Positions 30,602 to 41,131 of a stretch of DNA of 64,000 nt are shown piece by piece (within the stretch, counting starts at the first letter, position 1; each line of letters begins with the position of its first letter). A program made the position numbers and the translations under genes. The notes below the pieces were generated by a model, which did not search any database, was not told the DNA's origin, and worked only from the letters and a program-made list of their open reading frames with translations. Origin of the DNA: a virus; the IMG/VR virus record IMGVR_UViG_3300029989_000006, one strand, 5' to 3'.

Positions 30602-31393
30602 ATGAAAAAGTTAAACACGTTATTGGCCGTTACTGATGCTTTAAAAGCTAAGTACAAAAGAATGGTTGAGGATTTTACGAAATTCTTTACTAATTCACAG
30701 GGAGCATTTTTAGGTGAAAGGAATACTTATATTCCTAAAGAAGGTACAATTGATGAACCTTCAAAAAGAAAGTATACCAAAGTCATCACTACAGTAGATG
30801 AGAAAATTGATTGGTTCTTACAGGAATCAAAAGATTTCGTTGATGCACTGTTTTCTCAAGAGAAGACTAATGCTTCTGGATTAGCGAAAGCTCATTTGGT
30901 TGTGAATGGAGAAGATTGGGGAGAGTTTACTTCCCTTGAACTTTTAAGGTTAAAGACATTACTTGAGGGTAATGATATGGGTAATCTAGAAAGTCTTCTT
31001 GCAAACATACCGGTAAAATCTGATGCTGCAATTTGGGATCCATCTACATTGGAAGAACATAATGGAAGAAGAATTTTTCAATCTCCTCTTGTATCAGGTG
31101 TTTCAAAAACAACTGTAAAAGAAGAGTATATTCTGGAAGATCCAAATCTCCGTCATGGTGTGACAAATTACACTCCTCAGAAAGCTTTCAGAACTATTCC
31201 TCAGGATCTTGGGGATTATACATTGCAAACATTCTCTGGACAATGGTCACAAAGAGAAAGAGCTGGAGCTTTGAAGAGAAGAAGTGATCTTATTGTTGCA
31301 GTTACTGGAGCATTAAAAGATTGTAATGATTGCGTTGCAGTTGAATCTGAATTAACAGCCGAGAAAATCTACGGATTTATCTTTAAAGGTTAA
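30602..31393 (+). CDS. conserved phage/bacterial protein of unknown function
   Basis: 263 aa well-formed ORF followed by a structured RNA cluster. Confidence 0.8.
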   Translation: MKKLNTLLAVTDALKAKYKRMVEDFTKFFTNSQGAFLGERNTYIPKEGTIDEPSKRKYTKVITTVDEKIDWFLQESKDFVDALFSQEKTNASGLAKAHLVVNGEDWGEFTSLELLRLKTLLEGNDMGNLESLLANIPVKSDAAIWDPSTLEEHNGRRIFQSPLVSGVSKTTVKEEYILEDPNLRHGVTNYTPQKAFRTIPQDLGDYTLQTFSGQWSQRERAGALKRRSDLIVAVTGALKDCNDCVAVESELTAEKIYGFIFKG

Positions 31394-31402
31394 TTATTAT
31401 AT

Positions 31403-31615
31403 GCGCTTGTGGCGGAATTGAGTAGACGCACCTAGTAAATGGGCACACAAGAAGTCGGGATTAACCGACGGAGAAACAAATACCATAATGCATATTACTT
31501 AATGAAGAGGAAGTTACCCGAAAGGATATTGTACTTAACATTTAAAAGGAAAACCCTTGGGTTAGTACGATATGAGAGAAAGTTTCGTATGGGGGTTCGA
31601 ATCCCTCCAAGCGCA
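31403..31615 (+). ncRNA. tRNA-Leu-like scaffold with about 150-nt insert
   Basis: GCGCTTG/CAAGCGC, TGGCGGAATTGAGTAGACGC D-arm, GGGGG-TTCGAAT-CCCTC T-arm. Confidence 0.7.
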
Positions 31616-31719
31616 CAATATTTGGTCAAGCCTGAGTTTTAACATTAGCTTAATTATTCGCCACGAATATTAACTTTAGTGTTGTCCAAACAAACTTAGC
31701 TTGATTTTTATACGTATAT

Positions 31720-31856
31720 ATCATCAGGAGGAAAAAAACTATAACATCGCGGGTTCGAATCCCGTCGGGGCCTCAATTAATATAAAAATGGCCCCGTCGT
31801 CAAGTGGTTAAGACAATTATATAAATAGCTTTAAACTAAAGATCCCTGAATATGAT
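31720..31856 (+). ncRNA. circularly permuted tRNA-like RNA (T-arm, loop-closed acceptor, D-arm), YrlA-type topology
   Basis: GCGGG-TTCGAAT-CCCGT, CGGGGCC...GGCCCCG, TCGTCAAGTGGTTAAGAC; outer ATCATCAGG/CCTGA..ATGAT stem. Confidence 0.7.
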
Positions 31857-31905
31857 TATACAAAAGTTCTCCCAATCGAAGGAAATTGAACCTGGGAGAA
31901 CGCAT

Positions 31906-31976
31906 GGGAAAGTGATGCAATGGTAGACGTATATTACGTGGCAATATTTGTGGAGGTTCGAATCCTCCCTTTCCCA
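31906..31976 (+). tRNA. tRNA-His(GTG)-like
   Basis: ATATT-ACGTGGC-AATAT, GGGAAAG/CTTTCCC. Confidence 0.65.
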
Positions 31977-31980
31977 CAAT

Positions 31981-32064
31981 GGAAGTATGACAGAGTGCTA
32001 ATGTACCTGACTTGAAATCAGAGGTGCCAGGAATGGTGCGTGGGTTGAACCCCTACTACTTCCT
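31981..32064 (+). tRNA. tRNA-Ser(TGA)
   Basis: CTGA-CTTGAAA-TCAG, variable arm. Confidence 0.75.
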
Positions 32065-32087
32065 CAATTATTTATTAAACTTATAAA

Positions 32088-32414
32088 ATGAAAGATTCAT
32101 TTACTATTGAAACCGCTATGTTAGCAAAAGAAAAAGGATATCCACAGATATTTGCAGGATGTACTATTAATGGATATTATTTTAAAAATGCTGATACATA
32201 TTTACAAGATACTCAGGCAAGATTATAAAAATGGTTGAGAGATGTGCATAATATTAAAGTTTATCTTTTATGGTATGATGATAAAATAACTAATCCTAGA
32301 TGGAGTGTGTATATTCATTATCCTCCAGTTTATAAACACTATTATATTAATGGTATTGAAGATTATGAAGAAGGTTTAGAAATAGGATTACAAACAGCTT
32401 TAAAATTAATTTAA
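32088..32414 (+). pseudogene. paralog of 37832..38251 with in-frame TAA
   Basis: LAKEKGY...TQARL*KWLRDVHNI...YEEGLEIGLQTALKLI; TAA at 32226. Confidence 0.65.
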
Positions 32415-32857
32415 TTATGGGATTTTCAATTATTTTATGTGAAATTTTGTTACTTTGTTCTTTGGGATTATTTTTATCATTTGTAAAAGATACAAGCACT
32501 CCCCCAACTCACCAAACTTGGATATTTATATCTATCTTAAAATTTATAGGTATTATTATTATTGCATTTATTTCATTTATATTAGGTCATGTTTTCTAAT
32601 AAAATTTCAAAAGAAAAAGAGTTATTAATTAGACTAGCAACTGATAAGAATGGAAATATAAAATTTAAATCTAAATTATTATATAATAATCCTTATTTAT
32701 ATTCTTCTAATGAGGACTTACGTTATTATTTATGGATGATTGAATTAAGTATTTATATTGGGGATAATTTAGACTGTTCTTCAATTCATTGTTCATTTGA
32801 TGTATTAAATATTAACAAATTAGAAAATGAATTATTGTATATAATAAATAAAATTAA

Positions 32858-33214
32858 ATGATAGAGGCATTTTTATTAATTTGCATTCATTGGATTGCAG
32901 ATTTTGTTTGTCAAAATAAGAAATTGGCTACTAGTAAATGGAATAGTTTTGATAAACTGACAGATCATACAGTTATTTATAGTGTGGTATTAGGATTACT
33001 AGTTTTTATAGTTCCTGTATTACAATTTAAAAATATTTCTGCACTGTTTTTATTTATAAGTTTAAACCTAATTCTTCATACTATAATTGATTATTTTACA
33101 AGTAAAATTGTGCATAAGAAATTTGAAAATAAACAATATGGTGCATTTAGAGTTATAGGATTTGATCAGGTATTACATTATGGATGTTTGTTTTTTACCT
33201 ATTCAATTTGTTAG
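32858..33214 (+). CDS. DUF3307-like membrane protein
   Basis: HWIADFVCQ...H...HTIIDY...GFDQVLH. Confidence 0.8.
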   Translation: MIEAFLLICIHWIADFVCQNKKLATSKWNSFDKLTDHTVIYSVVLGLLVFIVPVLQFKNISALFLFISLNLILHTIIDYFTSKIVHKKFENKQYGAFRVIGFDQVLHYGCLFFTYSIC

Positions 33215-33222
33215 ATATAAAT

Positions 33223-33294
33223 GATAAGTGGGGTGGTTGTATCACTTTTTGTCTGCAAAACAAAGTAAAAAGAGTTAGATTCTCTTACTTATCT
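33223..33294 (+). tRNA. tRNA-Cys(GCA)
   Basis: TTTGT-CTGCAAA-ACAAA, GATAAGT/ACTTATC, U73. Confidence 0.7.
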
Positions 33295-33322
33295 CAGAGA
33301 TTATTAATTTAAAAATTTAATT

Positions 33323-34081
33323 ATGTTTAAAATTATTTGGCCTTGGAGTAAAACTTCAAAGGAAATGCAAGAGTTTCAAGAGTGGAAAGAAAAAAGATCA
33401 GTTGAAAATAAAAATCCTGAGATGATTGTAATGGATCCTAATGGAGAATTAAGTAAAGATTATCTTTATGATTTTCTAGGATGGGAAGCTAGTTATGGTA
33501 ATTATAACCGATATTCAGAAACTATTTTTGCACCAGGTTCTCCTCAACTAGAAGCTCTTAAAATGAAGATTACAGTTAAACCAATAGATGTTGTAAATCA
33601 ATTGGAAACTGCTCCAACATTTTTTGATTTAGCTTGTATTGAGGAAAAAATTCAACTTGTTCTTTCAAAAAAAGAATTGATTAATAATCAATATTCTAAA
33701 AGAGAAGTTAATGGATTATTAGAATGTCTTGAAAATAGAAAAAAATATACTGAATTTAAAGAATATTTTGAGGGATTTCAAGTCACTACTGATGAAAAAA
33801 TTGGAGAAGTTTTGGATAAACATTTATTAGTCCGCAAAGCTGTTGAAATTTTCATTCCTGATTTCCCTGTTGAAGCTATAAAAACAATGCAAACTTATAC
33901 TGATAAAGTGATGGAAGTTTGTGGTAAAAAACCTATTTTTTATGTTATTGCAGAAGATGATAACTTTAAGAAAGCATATGGAAAAAGAGATCCAATTCTT
34001 TTAGCTCAAAGTCCATTTGGTTTCTATTGGTATATTCTCGGTGCATGGGATAAAGAGATGTTACTTCTTTCTGAATTTTAA
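33323..34081 (+). CDS. conserved hypothetical protein
   Basis: 252 aa, C-terminal DPILLAQSPFGFYWYILGAWD. Confidence 0.8.
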   Translation: MFKIIWPWSKTSKEMQEFQEWKEKRSVENKNPEMIVMDPNGELSKDYLYDFLGWEASYGNYNRYSETIFAPGSPQLEALKMKITVKPIDVVNQLETAPTFFDLACIEEKIQLVLSKKELINNQYSKREVNGLLECLENRKKYTEFKEYFEGFQVTTDEKIGEVLDKHLLVRKAVEIFIPDFPVEAIKTMQTYTDKVMEVCGKKPIFYVIAEDDNFKKAYGKRDPILLAQSPFGFYWYILGAWDKEMLLLSEF

Positions 34082-34090
34082 GATTTTATT

Positions 34091-34510
34091 ATGAAAATTT
34101 TATTTTGTATTTTACTTTTATTCTGTACAATAACAATGGCAGAAGTAAAAGTTATTAAACTTCCTATAAAAGAGAAATTAAAAAAATCTCTGGTTGTAAC
34201 TGCAACTACTTATACTATAAAAAACCGTAGTACTATTGATTTTTATACGAAAAGTGGTTTTAAAATAACTAAAACAAATCCAAAACTGGATAGAGTTATT
34301 GCTGTTAGTCATGATTTAAAGAAACTCTTTAATTATGGTGATTCAGTGTTGATTCAAGGTATTGGAAAACATAGTGGTGTTTATTATATAAGAGATTTAA
34401 TGGATTCAAAATGGAAAAATAGGATTGATATTCTATTAAATCCTAATGATTTATTAATAACTTATTACAAAGTAAAAATTATTTTAATGAATAAAAAAGA
34501 GGTACAATAA
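34091..34510 (+). CDS. 3D-domain (peptidoglycan lytic-type) protein
   Basis: signal peptide, VTATTY, IAVSHDL, RDLM...RIDIL. Confidence 0.75.
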   Translation: MKILFCILLLFCTITMAEVKVIKLPIKEKLKKSLVVTATTYTIKNRSTIDFYTKSGFKITKTNPKLDRVIAVSHDLKKLFNYGDSVLIQGIGKHSGVYYIRDLMDSKWKNRIDILLNPNDLLITYYKVKIILMNKKEVQ

Positions 34511-34525
34511 GTACCTCTTACAAAT

Positions 34526-34597
34526 TCTCCTATGGCAAACAGGTGTAGGCAACGCCCTTTTAAGGCGTGGGGCAAGGATCGTTACCTTGTAGGAGAA
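34526..34597 (+). tRNA. tRNA-Lys(TTT)
   Basis: ACGCC-CTTTTAA-GGCGT. Confidence 0.75.
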
Positions 34598-35492
34598 CAA
34601 ATATTTAAACTATGAAGAAAGCAATTTTTAAGCTAAACGGAGGACAAGGTGCATTACTCTGTTCTCAATGTCATGTTATCATTACAACAGGAAGATATTT
34701 TACAGATAAACAATGGTTAGCAGCGAAAGGAGAAATTAAATTACCTCCACAATTCTGTGATAGATGTACAAGTAACCATTTATATAAGAAATTAGAAGAT
34801 AAAGTTTATAAATATCCTACTAAAAGTAAATATGGTTTTCATAATGATGAATTAGAAACTCTTTTAAAAGATTATCCTGATATTAATATGGATAAATTTA
34901 ATGAAGCCATGATGGGTAATACCTGTATGATAGATGAAGGAGGAGTAATTATGTATCATTGTGATATATTTGTCGCTTTAAAATGTGGAATAGAAAACAG
35001 AGAATTAACTATTGAAGAATGGGACTAATTATGGAAGAGAAAAAATGTGCAAGTTGTAGAATGATACACTTATTTATAGTGTGTCCATTTTGTGGATCAA
35101 TTGTATCTATTCCTATGGAAGATTGAAAATGAAAATTTTAAAATTTGAATGGGATAATGCTATTGGCTGTGAATGGAATGGTAAAAGTGTTTTAATAGGC
35201 CAATATTTACCAAATAGGGAAAATAATGAAATCTCACATATAGAGATTTATGGTTTTGCTTTAAGTATAGCAGATATAAATAAAGATTTTCAATTACATG
35301 AATATTCTTGTTTTGGTGGTAATATTTGCGGTGAAGTATCTGAGATTTCAAAAGAAGATGCAAGAAAATTATTGTATGAAGAAATTGATAAATCTTTAAA
35401 TATTTTATTTGATCAAGGTGAAATGAATATGATTAATCAAAAACTTAACGTCGCAGAATCAGTTTATGAAGATAACGATGAAGATTGAAAAC

Positions 35493-35687
35493 TATTAATA
35501 ACTTAAAATGGATTCGAGTGCCATTGCGAAAATGTCCCTACCGTAAGTAAACACTGATGTCGACAATTAACAGAAGTTTAACTCGGAGGAAATCTATAAC
35601 ATATAAGGATTAGAAATCTAATATGAAAGAAGAAAGTACAGAACATAAGACTTTAATGGGGATTATGTACGGGAGAGTTATTAATAG
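35493..35687 (+). ncRNA. structured ncRNA candidate
   Basis: 13-bp terminal stem CTATTAATAACTT/GAGTTATTAATAG enclosing several hairpins; no ORF. Confidence 0.4.
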
Positions 35688-35698
35688 TTTAAATTAAT

Positions 35699-35776
35699 AG
35701 GAATGTATTCCCTCTGCCTGATAAGCAGTAGAAAGGATAATTTGGTTACATATGGGTTCAAGTCCCATCTTTCCTA
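35699..35776 (+). tRNA. atypical tRNA-Ile(GAT)-like RNA with no D-arm 5' of the anticodon
   Basis: CTGC-CTGATAA-GCAG, ATGGG-TTCAAGT-CCCAT, AGGAA/TTCCT. Confidence 0.55.
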
Positions 35777-35941
35777 CACTCGTGTTGCCCTACCTCGGGC
35801 ACGTATAAAATAATAGATTCTAATAAGCAACCTAGTTGAGGCTTCGTGAACGTTTTGATAATATTCACCAGCACGTACTGGAAAAAAATTATCCACATAT
35901 CCTATTATAGGCCTTAGTAAAACTATAATGAGGATATACAT

Positions 35942-36012
35942 GGAGATAGCCTGGTGGCACGCCCTGATAGGGTTTTACTAGTTGTTTGAGGTTCAACTCC
36001 TCTTTATCTCCC
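35942..36012 (+). tRNA. atypical tRNA-Ile(GAT)-like
   Basis: GGAGATA/TATCTCC, minimal D-arm, CTGATAG loop, GAGG-TTCAACT-CCTC. Confidence 0.5.
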
Positions 36013-36382
36013 AAATATTAATAAAATTTAAAATGAGTAAACATTTAATTTATGATTTAATGGAAGCATGTTCTGGAGTTAATGAACTTCGACATGCAAT
36101 AGTAGTAATGAAAGAACTTGGTATCACTTATCAACATCGAACACCTCAAACAATGGGAGAATGTTGGTGGTTTTGGAATTGTGAAAATTTACCAGAAAAA
36201 TTACCAAGTTATTTAACACCACTTGATCTTGACCCAATGGAATGTATTGGATATGGATTAAGTCAAGAAGATGCAGAAAAGATACGTGATTATAAATATT
36301 AAATCTCATGATGGCAGGACGTGTATAGCTGGCAATTGTCCAAGTTAGAACCTTCGGGTACTATGCGTGGGATTTATTTAAT

Positions 36383-36457
36383 GCATAAGTGCTCGAGTGA
36401 TCCAAGAGGACGGTCTCCAAAACCGTAAAACCGTGAGTTTGAATCTTACCTTATGTG
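36383..36457 (+). tRNA. tRNA-Trp(CCA)
   Basis: ACGGT-CTCCAAA-ACCGT. Confidence 0.8.
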
Positions 36458-36905
36458 CAATTATTTATTAAAAAATTATGTTATGAGTTATCAAAAATTT
36501 GAAACTGTTGAAAGTAAAATTAATGAAGTTATTTCTACTTTATATGGAGATGAATTTCAAGTTCCTGAATTGCAGGATTCATTAAAAGCTGTTGGATGTC
36601 CTTATGCTTTAGTCATACCACCAATTTTGAAAAAAGCGGGAGTCATAAAAATGGATGGTGTAACTAAACTTTCCAGATTTGTAGTTGAAAGAATTAATTA
36701 TTCTGTCATAAAAGATTTATTTGAAGAAGCAATTCAAGTTTATCAGCATAAGTCTAAAAATATAAATCCATCTGTATATGAAGAAAAGATTATACAAGGA
36801 GAAAGAACTGCAGATGAAGATAGAGCTATAAAACTATTAAAATCTTTAGGTTATATTATTCAAAAAAAGATTATCACTGAATCAATTATAGAAATATAGT
36901 TTTAA

Positions 36906-36980
36906 GGGTCCTTAGCTTAGTTTGGTTAAAGCAAATCCCTCATAAGGATGAGAGCCACAGTTCAAGTCTGTGAGGGCCCA
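36906..36980 (+). tRNA. tRNA-CAT (Ile2 or Met)
   Basis: GGGTCCT/AGGGCCC, ATCC-CTCATAA-GGAT. Confidence 0.8.
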
Positions 36981-37380
36981 CTAATTTTTAAAATAATTAA
37001 TAAAATGGAAAGACTTCAAAAAATTCAAAAAATTGTTATTCAGATGATGTATCTTTTGGATTAGATGTAATAGTTAAAGTTTCTTTTGTTATACCAAAAG
37101 GATACACTTCAATGACTCCAGATGAACTTATTAAGGACTGGTTCCAAAGACATCATTTAACATTAGAAGGATATAGCCATGCTTTTAGAGATGGATCAAT
37201 GGTTGGGAACTCTGAAGAAATTATTGATGTAACAATTATTAATAAAGAATAAAAAATTAACTAATTTACAAATAGTATAAATCTGAATTATTATGTAGGT
37301 GAAACACCTTCCTGAGTGCAAGGATAAAAATAATAAAGATAATCATAATTATCTAAGATATTGTAAATTAGTTTTAAAAT

Positions 37381-37454
37381 GGGGTCGTAGCTCAGTTGAT
37401 TAGAGTATCACACTTGCAATGTGAATGTCAAGGGTTTGAGTCCCTTCTTCTCCA
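37381..37454 (+). tRNA. tRNA-Ala(TGC)
   Basis: TCACA-CTTGCAA-TGTGA, G3.U70. Confidence 0.8.
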
Positions 37455-37831
37455 CAAACTAATAATAAATCACATGGAAAAAGTAATGATTGCAATAGTT
37501 CTATTATGTGGATTACTCTATATAATAGGAAAAGTTAAAGAGTGCAGTGATAATCCAGAATATGAAGCATGGATTACGCAGGACAAAGCAAAATACCCAG
37601 AATTATATAAAAAGAAATAATGGATGAAATAAAATTAGAAGATTATTGGACAAAGAAGTTTCCTAATGGACATTTGCCTTCTTATGCTAAAGAAATGATG
37701 CTTGAATTTGCATCAGATATTCTTCAATTAGCTACTGAAAATGCCTCAATAAAAACTGAAGTATGTATGGGAGTTGTAATAGATCATAATATTGACAGAG
37801 ATTCTATTCTTAACACAATAAATCAAATAGA

Positions 37832-38251
37832 ATGAAAAATTTATTTGTACCATATGAATTAGCTTTAAAGCTAAAAGAGAAAGGATTTAATGAACCTTGT
37901 TTTGCTGTATATGTGAGACATAAATTACTTATGATTGGTCAACCAAATGATCTTCAAATTTATACTACTGAAGATTTTGAAGATGATATAAAAAGTGAAG
38001 ATATTATTGCTCCTCTTTATCAACAAGTAACAGATTGGTTTAGAGAGGAACATAATATACATATTCATATATCAAGAATGTATTGCTATGTAGGAGATAA
38101 GCCAAGAACCTTCGATGGTTGGTGCGTCTATATTGATAATGGGGTTGAAGATTCTGATTTAGAATGTAATTCCATATTCATTAAAATGTTCTATCCTACT
38201 TATTATGAAGCTTTAATAAAGGCTATTGAAGAAGCATTAAAACTTATTTAA
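37832..38251 (+). CDS. conserved phage hypothetical protein
   Basis: FVPYELALKLKEKGF...APLYQQVTDWFREEH. Confidence 0.8.
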   Translation: MKNLFVPYELALKLKEKGFNEPCFAVYVRHKLLMIGQPNDLQIYTTEDFEDDIKSEDIIAPLYQQVTDWFREEHNIHIHISRMYCYVGDKPRTFDGWCVYIDNGVEDSDLECNSIFIKMFYPTYYEALIKAIEEALKLI

Positions 38252-39481
38252 TGAAAAAAGGAGTATCACGAATAGTTTTTAAAATAGGAAAATTTGCAAT
38301 AAAAATTCCTAATCATTCATTTAATCACGAACATTTTCTACTTGGATGTTGGGCAAATTGTTCAGAAAGAAACTGGTATAAATGTACTAATAAAATAGCT
38401 GAATATAAAGATAAGATGGCACCTTCTCTATTTTGTTCATGGTTTGGTTTAATTCAAATTCAATATTGGTGTAATCCTATTGATAGAGATTTAACAGATG
38501 AAGAACTTAAATATTTTGATAATATTAGAAATGGAGAACAAAAATCTGAAAACTTTGGATATTATAATAATAGAATGGTTTGTTTAGATTATGCACAATA
38601 GATATAATTAATATTTGATTTATATTAATGGAAAAATTATTATGAAAAAATGGATTATTAAATTATTTAATAAATTTATTATATTGATCAATACTGACTC
38701 ATATGATGATGGAACAGGTTGGGGATGAAGAAAGAACTTAATTTCTATTTCTATATTCTTTTTGGCAGATGTCAATTAATGTTGGATTATTGTTTAAATG
38801 AAAATTATTATGGAAGAATTAGAAAAGAAAGTTGAAGAAGCTGCTAAAAAGTATATAAAAGACTATTATAGTGAGCAAATAATGCCTAAGTGTGTAAAAG
38901 ATGCTTTTATTAATGGCGCTAAATCTCCTGAAGCTAAAGAATATTGGCAACAAGAAAAAAAACTTAAGAATATTATCTTCTCTGATGATATTGATACAAT
39001 TGGTAAATGTGCTAAGTGTGGAGTTGAATTTCATATACATAAATTAGAACAACAAGGAATGTATACTGAAGAAGATTTAAGAGATGCTTTTAATACAGCA
39101 CAAAAACAAGCATCTGCAAGTACAGATCAATGTGGAAATGTAGAAGTAAATCATACAGAAACATTTGAAGAATGGTTTGAACAAAATAAAAAGAAATCAT
39201 GAAGACTAAAAAAATTGCTAAAGAATTAACGAGTCAAGAACTTATAGAAAGAATTTATAATTATACAGTTCAGATTGAAAAGCTCCAAACTATGCGACTT
39301 ATTTTTACAAAGGAAATAATTAAACGAAAGAAAAGAAAAATTAAATTATGAAAATAAATTTTAAAACAATGAGACTTGATATCCAAAGGTTAAAAGATGC
39401 TATGGGCAGTGAATATACTTGTGAAAGATGTTTAGGAAACAGATGTCATCCAGAGACTTGTAATTGTTGGTGTCATAATTA

Positions 39482-39555
39482 GGAGATATAGCTCAATTGT
39501 ATAGAGTTCTAAATTACGAATTTAGAAGTTGCAGGTTAGAATCCTGCTATCTTCA
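39482..39555 (+). tRNA. tRNA-Arg(ACG)
   Basis: CTAAA-TTACGAA-TTTAG. Confidence 0.75.
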
Positions 39556-39748
39556 CTAAAAATAAAAAAAATTATGAGAACATTATTTAATTATTTCAGA
39601 CAGGTATTTTGTAAACATGAATTTGAAGTAGAAATTGTAGAATCAACCGAAAGAGATATATATTCAGGTGCTAGTAAACAAGGAGAAAAACGTTCTCTAT
39701 ATTGTCCTAAATGTGGATATCATTCTTGGCATTGGAAGAGTTTTTAAT

Positions 39749-40030
39749 ATGGCAATGTTTGGAAGCTCTTGGTCAGAGGGCACTGAAGGAGAAGAAATAG
39801 GACCATTTAGTCATTGGTTAGAAGATTCAATTGAAGATGATGGGCCTATGGTACCTTCATCTTGGAAAGAAGAAGTTCCTACGAATGCATTTGACTTATG
39901 TATGGAATTAAAAAGAAAAACAGGTATGGGATTATTAAGTGCCAAACGTTGTTTACAAGATAATACTTGGGATATTGATAAAGCAAATGAAAACCATCAC
40001 ACTTATATGTGGGATGGTAAATTGAAATAA
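39749..40030 (+). CDS. small protein with EF-Ts N-terminal (UBA-like) motif
   Basis: ELKRKTGMGLLSAKRCLQDNTWDIDKA. Confidence 0.6.
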   Translation: MAMFGSSWSEGTEGEEIGPFSHWLEDSIEDDGPMVPSSWKEEVPTNAFDLCMELKRKTGMGLLSAKRCLQDNTWDIDKANENHHTYMWDGKLK

Positions 40031-40164
40031 ATATTCATCACATGGATACCGCATGGTTGAGTCAAATTTGAACTCTTCACCTCTTCGGCCGGTTAAACGA
40101 TTAGGTATGAATATAAATAGTTTTAAGGCATCTGAATTCTATTCAAAAATAATGGTGCCACCAC

Positions 40165-40251
40165 GTCTCGGTTGCCTTAGTTGGTCGAAAGGTCTAGGCT
40201 GTTAACCTAGTGAGTTTTACTCCACCGTGGGTTCGAATCCCACCCCTGACT
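40165..40251 (+). tRNA. tRNA-Asn(GTT) with long variable arm
   Basis: CTAGG-CTGTTAA-CCTAG; extra arm GAGT-TTT-ACTC; imperfect acceptor. Confidence 0.65.
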
Positions 40252-40351
40252 CTAAACAAGTAAGTTCTATAAGACAGATCTCGTGTACACGACATAAATT
40301 AGAACAGAAACTAATCTGTCAAGGCTACAAGCAAAGTACTTGTTTTTAAAT

Positions 40352-40436
40352 GGTAATTGTAGCCGGTAATGGTCTCCGAACAGATTGTGGTTCTGTAATG
40401 CGAAAGCTAATGCGGGTTCGAGTCCCGTCTTTTACC
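40352..40436 (+). tRNA. tRNA-His(GTG) with long variable arm
   Basis: ACAGA-TTGTGGT-TCTGT; extra arm GC-GAAA-GC. Confidence 0.65.
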
Positions 40437-41131
40437 CTAAATTTTAAATAAATGATAAATATTTGTAAAATTAGAAAATTTCCTGACTGGCATTATTTTG
40501 TTTATTATTTATCTAAACAAGATAGAGGAAAATGGTTAAATGTTTGGTTTCAAGAAGAAGATTGTTTATATAAAGGAAAAAAATATTCTCCTAATAATTA
40601 TTGTACCTTAAAAGAAGTTGATAAAGAATCTATGTTTCATTTATATGGAAGAAGGTTTAATCCAGTTTCTATCTTTATTATTAATTCTTATAAAAAAGAA
40701 AATCCTTTTTCTATGAAAGTTATGATACATTCAGTAGATGATAGTTCTTATGGTATATGGTTTGATTTTCCATTAGAAGGATTAGAATGTAGAAGATTGT
40801 TAATAATGAAATGGATTTCAGAGAGAAGTATAATAAATGGAGAAAAACTCCTTGATTATTGTGAATCTTTGGGAGGAGAAGACAGAGATTATAATTAATT
40901 ATGGCAAAGGATAAAGAATTTGAAAAAAAATATAAAGCTGAGCGAATTATGAGAAAAACAGTTCGGAAGGCTAAGAGACAATTAAGGAATAATGGGATGT
41001 GCAAATGTGGTATTAACCACAAAACAGATTGGCACTCTTGTCCTTATGATGAGGATATGAATGGCAATTATGAAAAAAATTGTAGATGCTGTTCTGATTG
41101 CACACACAATTGTGCAATGGATATTTAAGAT

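Noticed and set aside
28497-31642. Plus-strand ORFs 28497..28697, 29327..29575 and 31439..31642
   Set aside because: They overlap tRNA or tRNA-like genes and lack protein-like features.
35565-35660. RNase P RNA (GAGGAAA and ACAGAA-like words)
   Set aside because: No convincing P4 pairing and the motif order does not fit.
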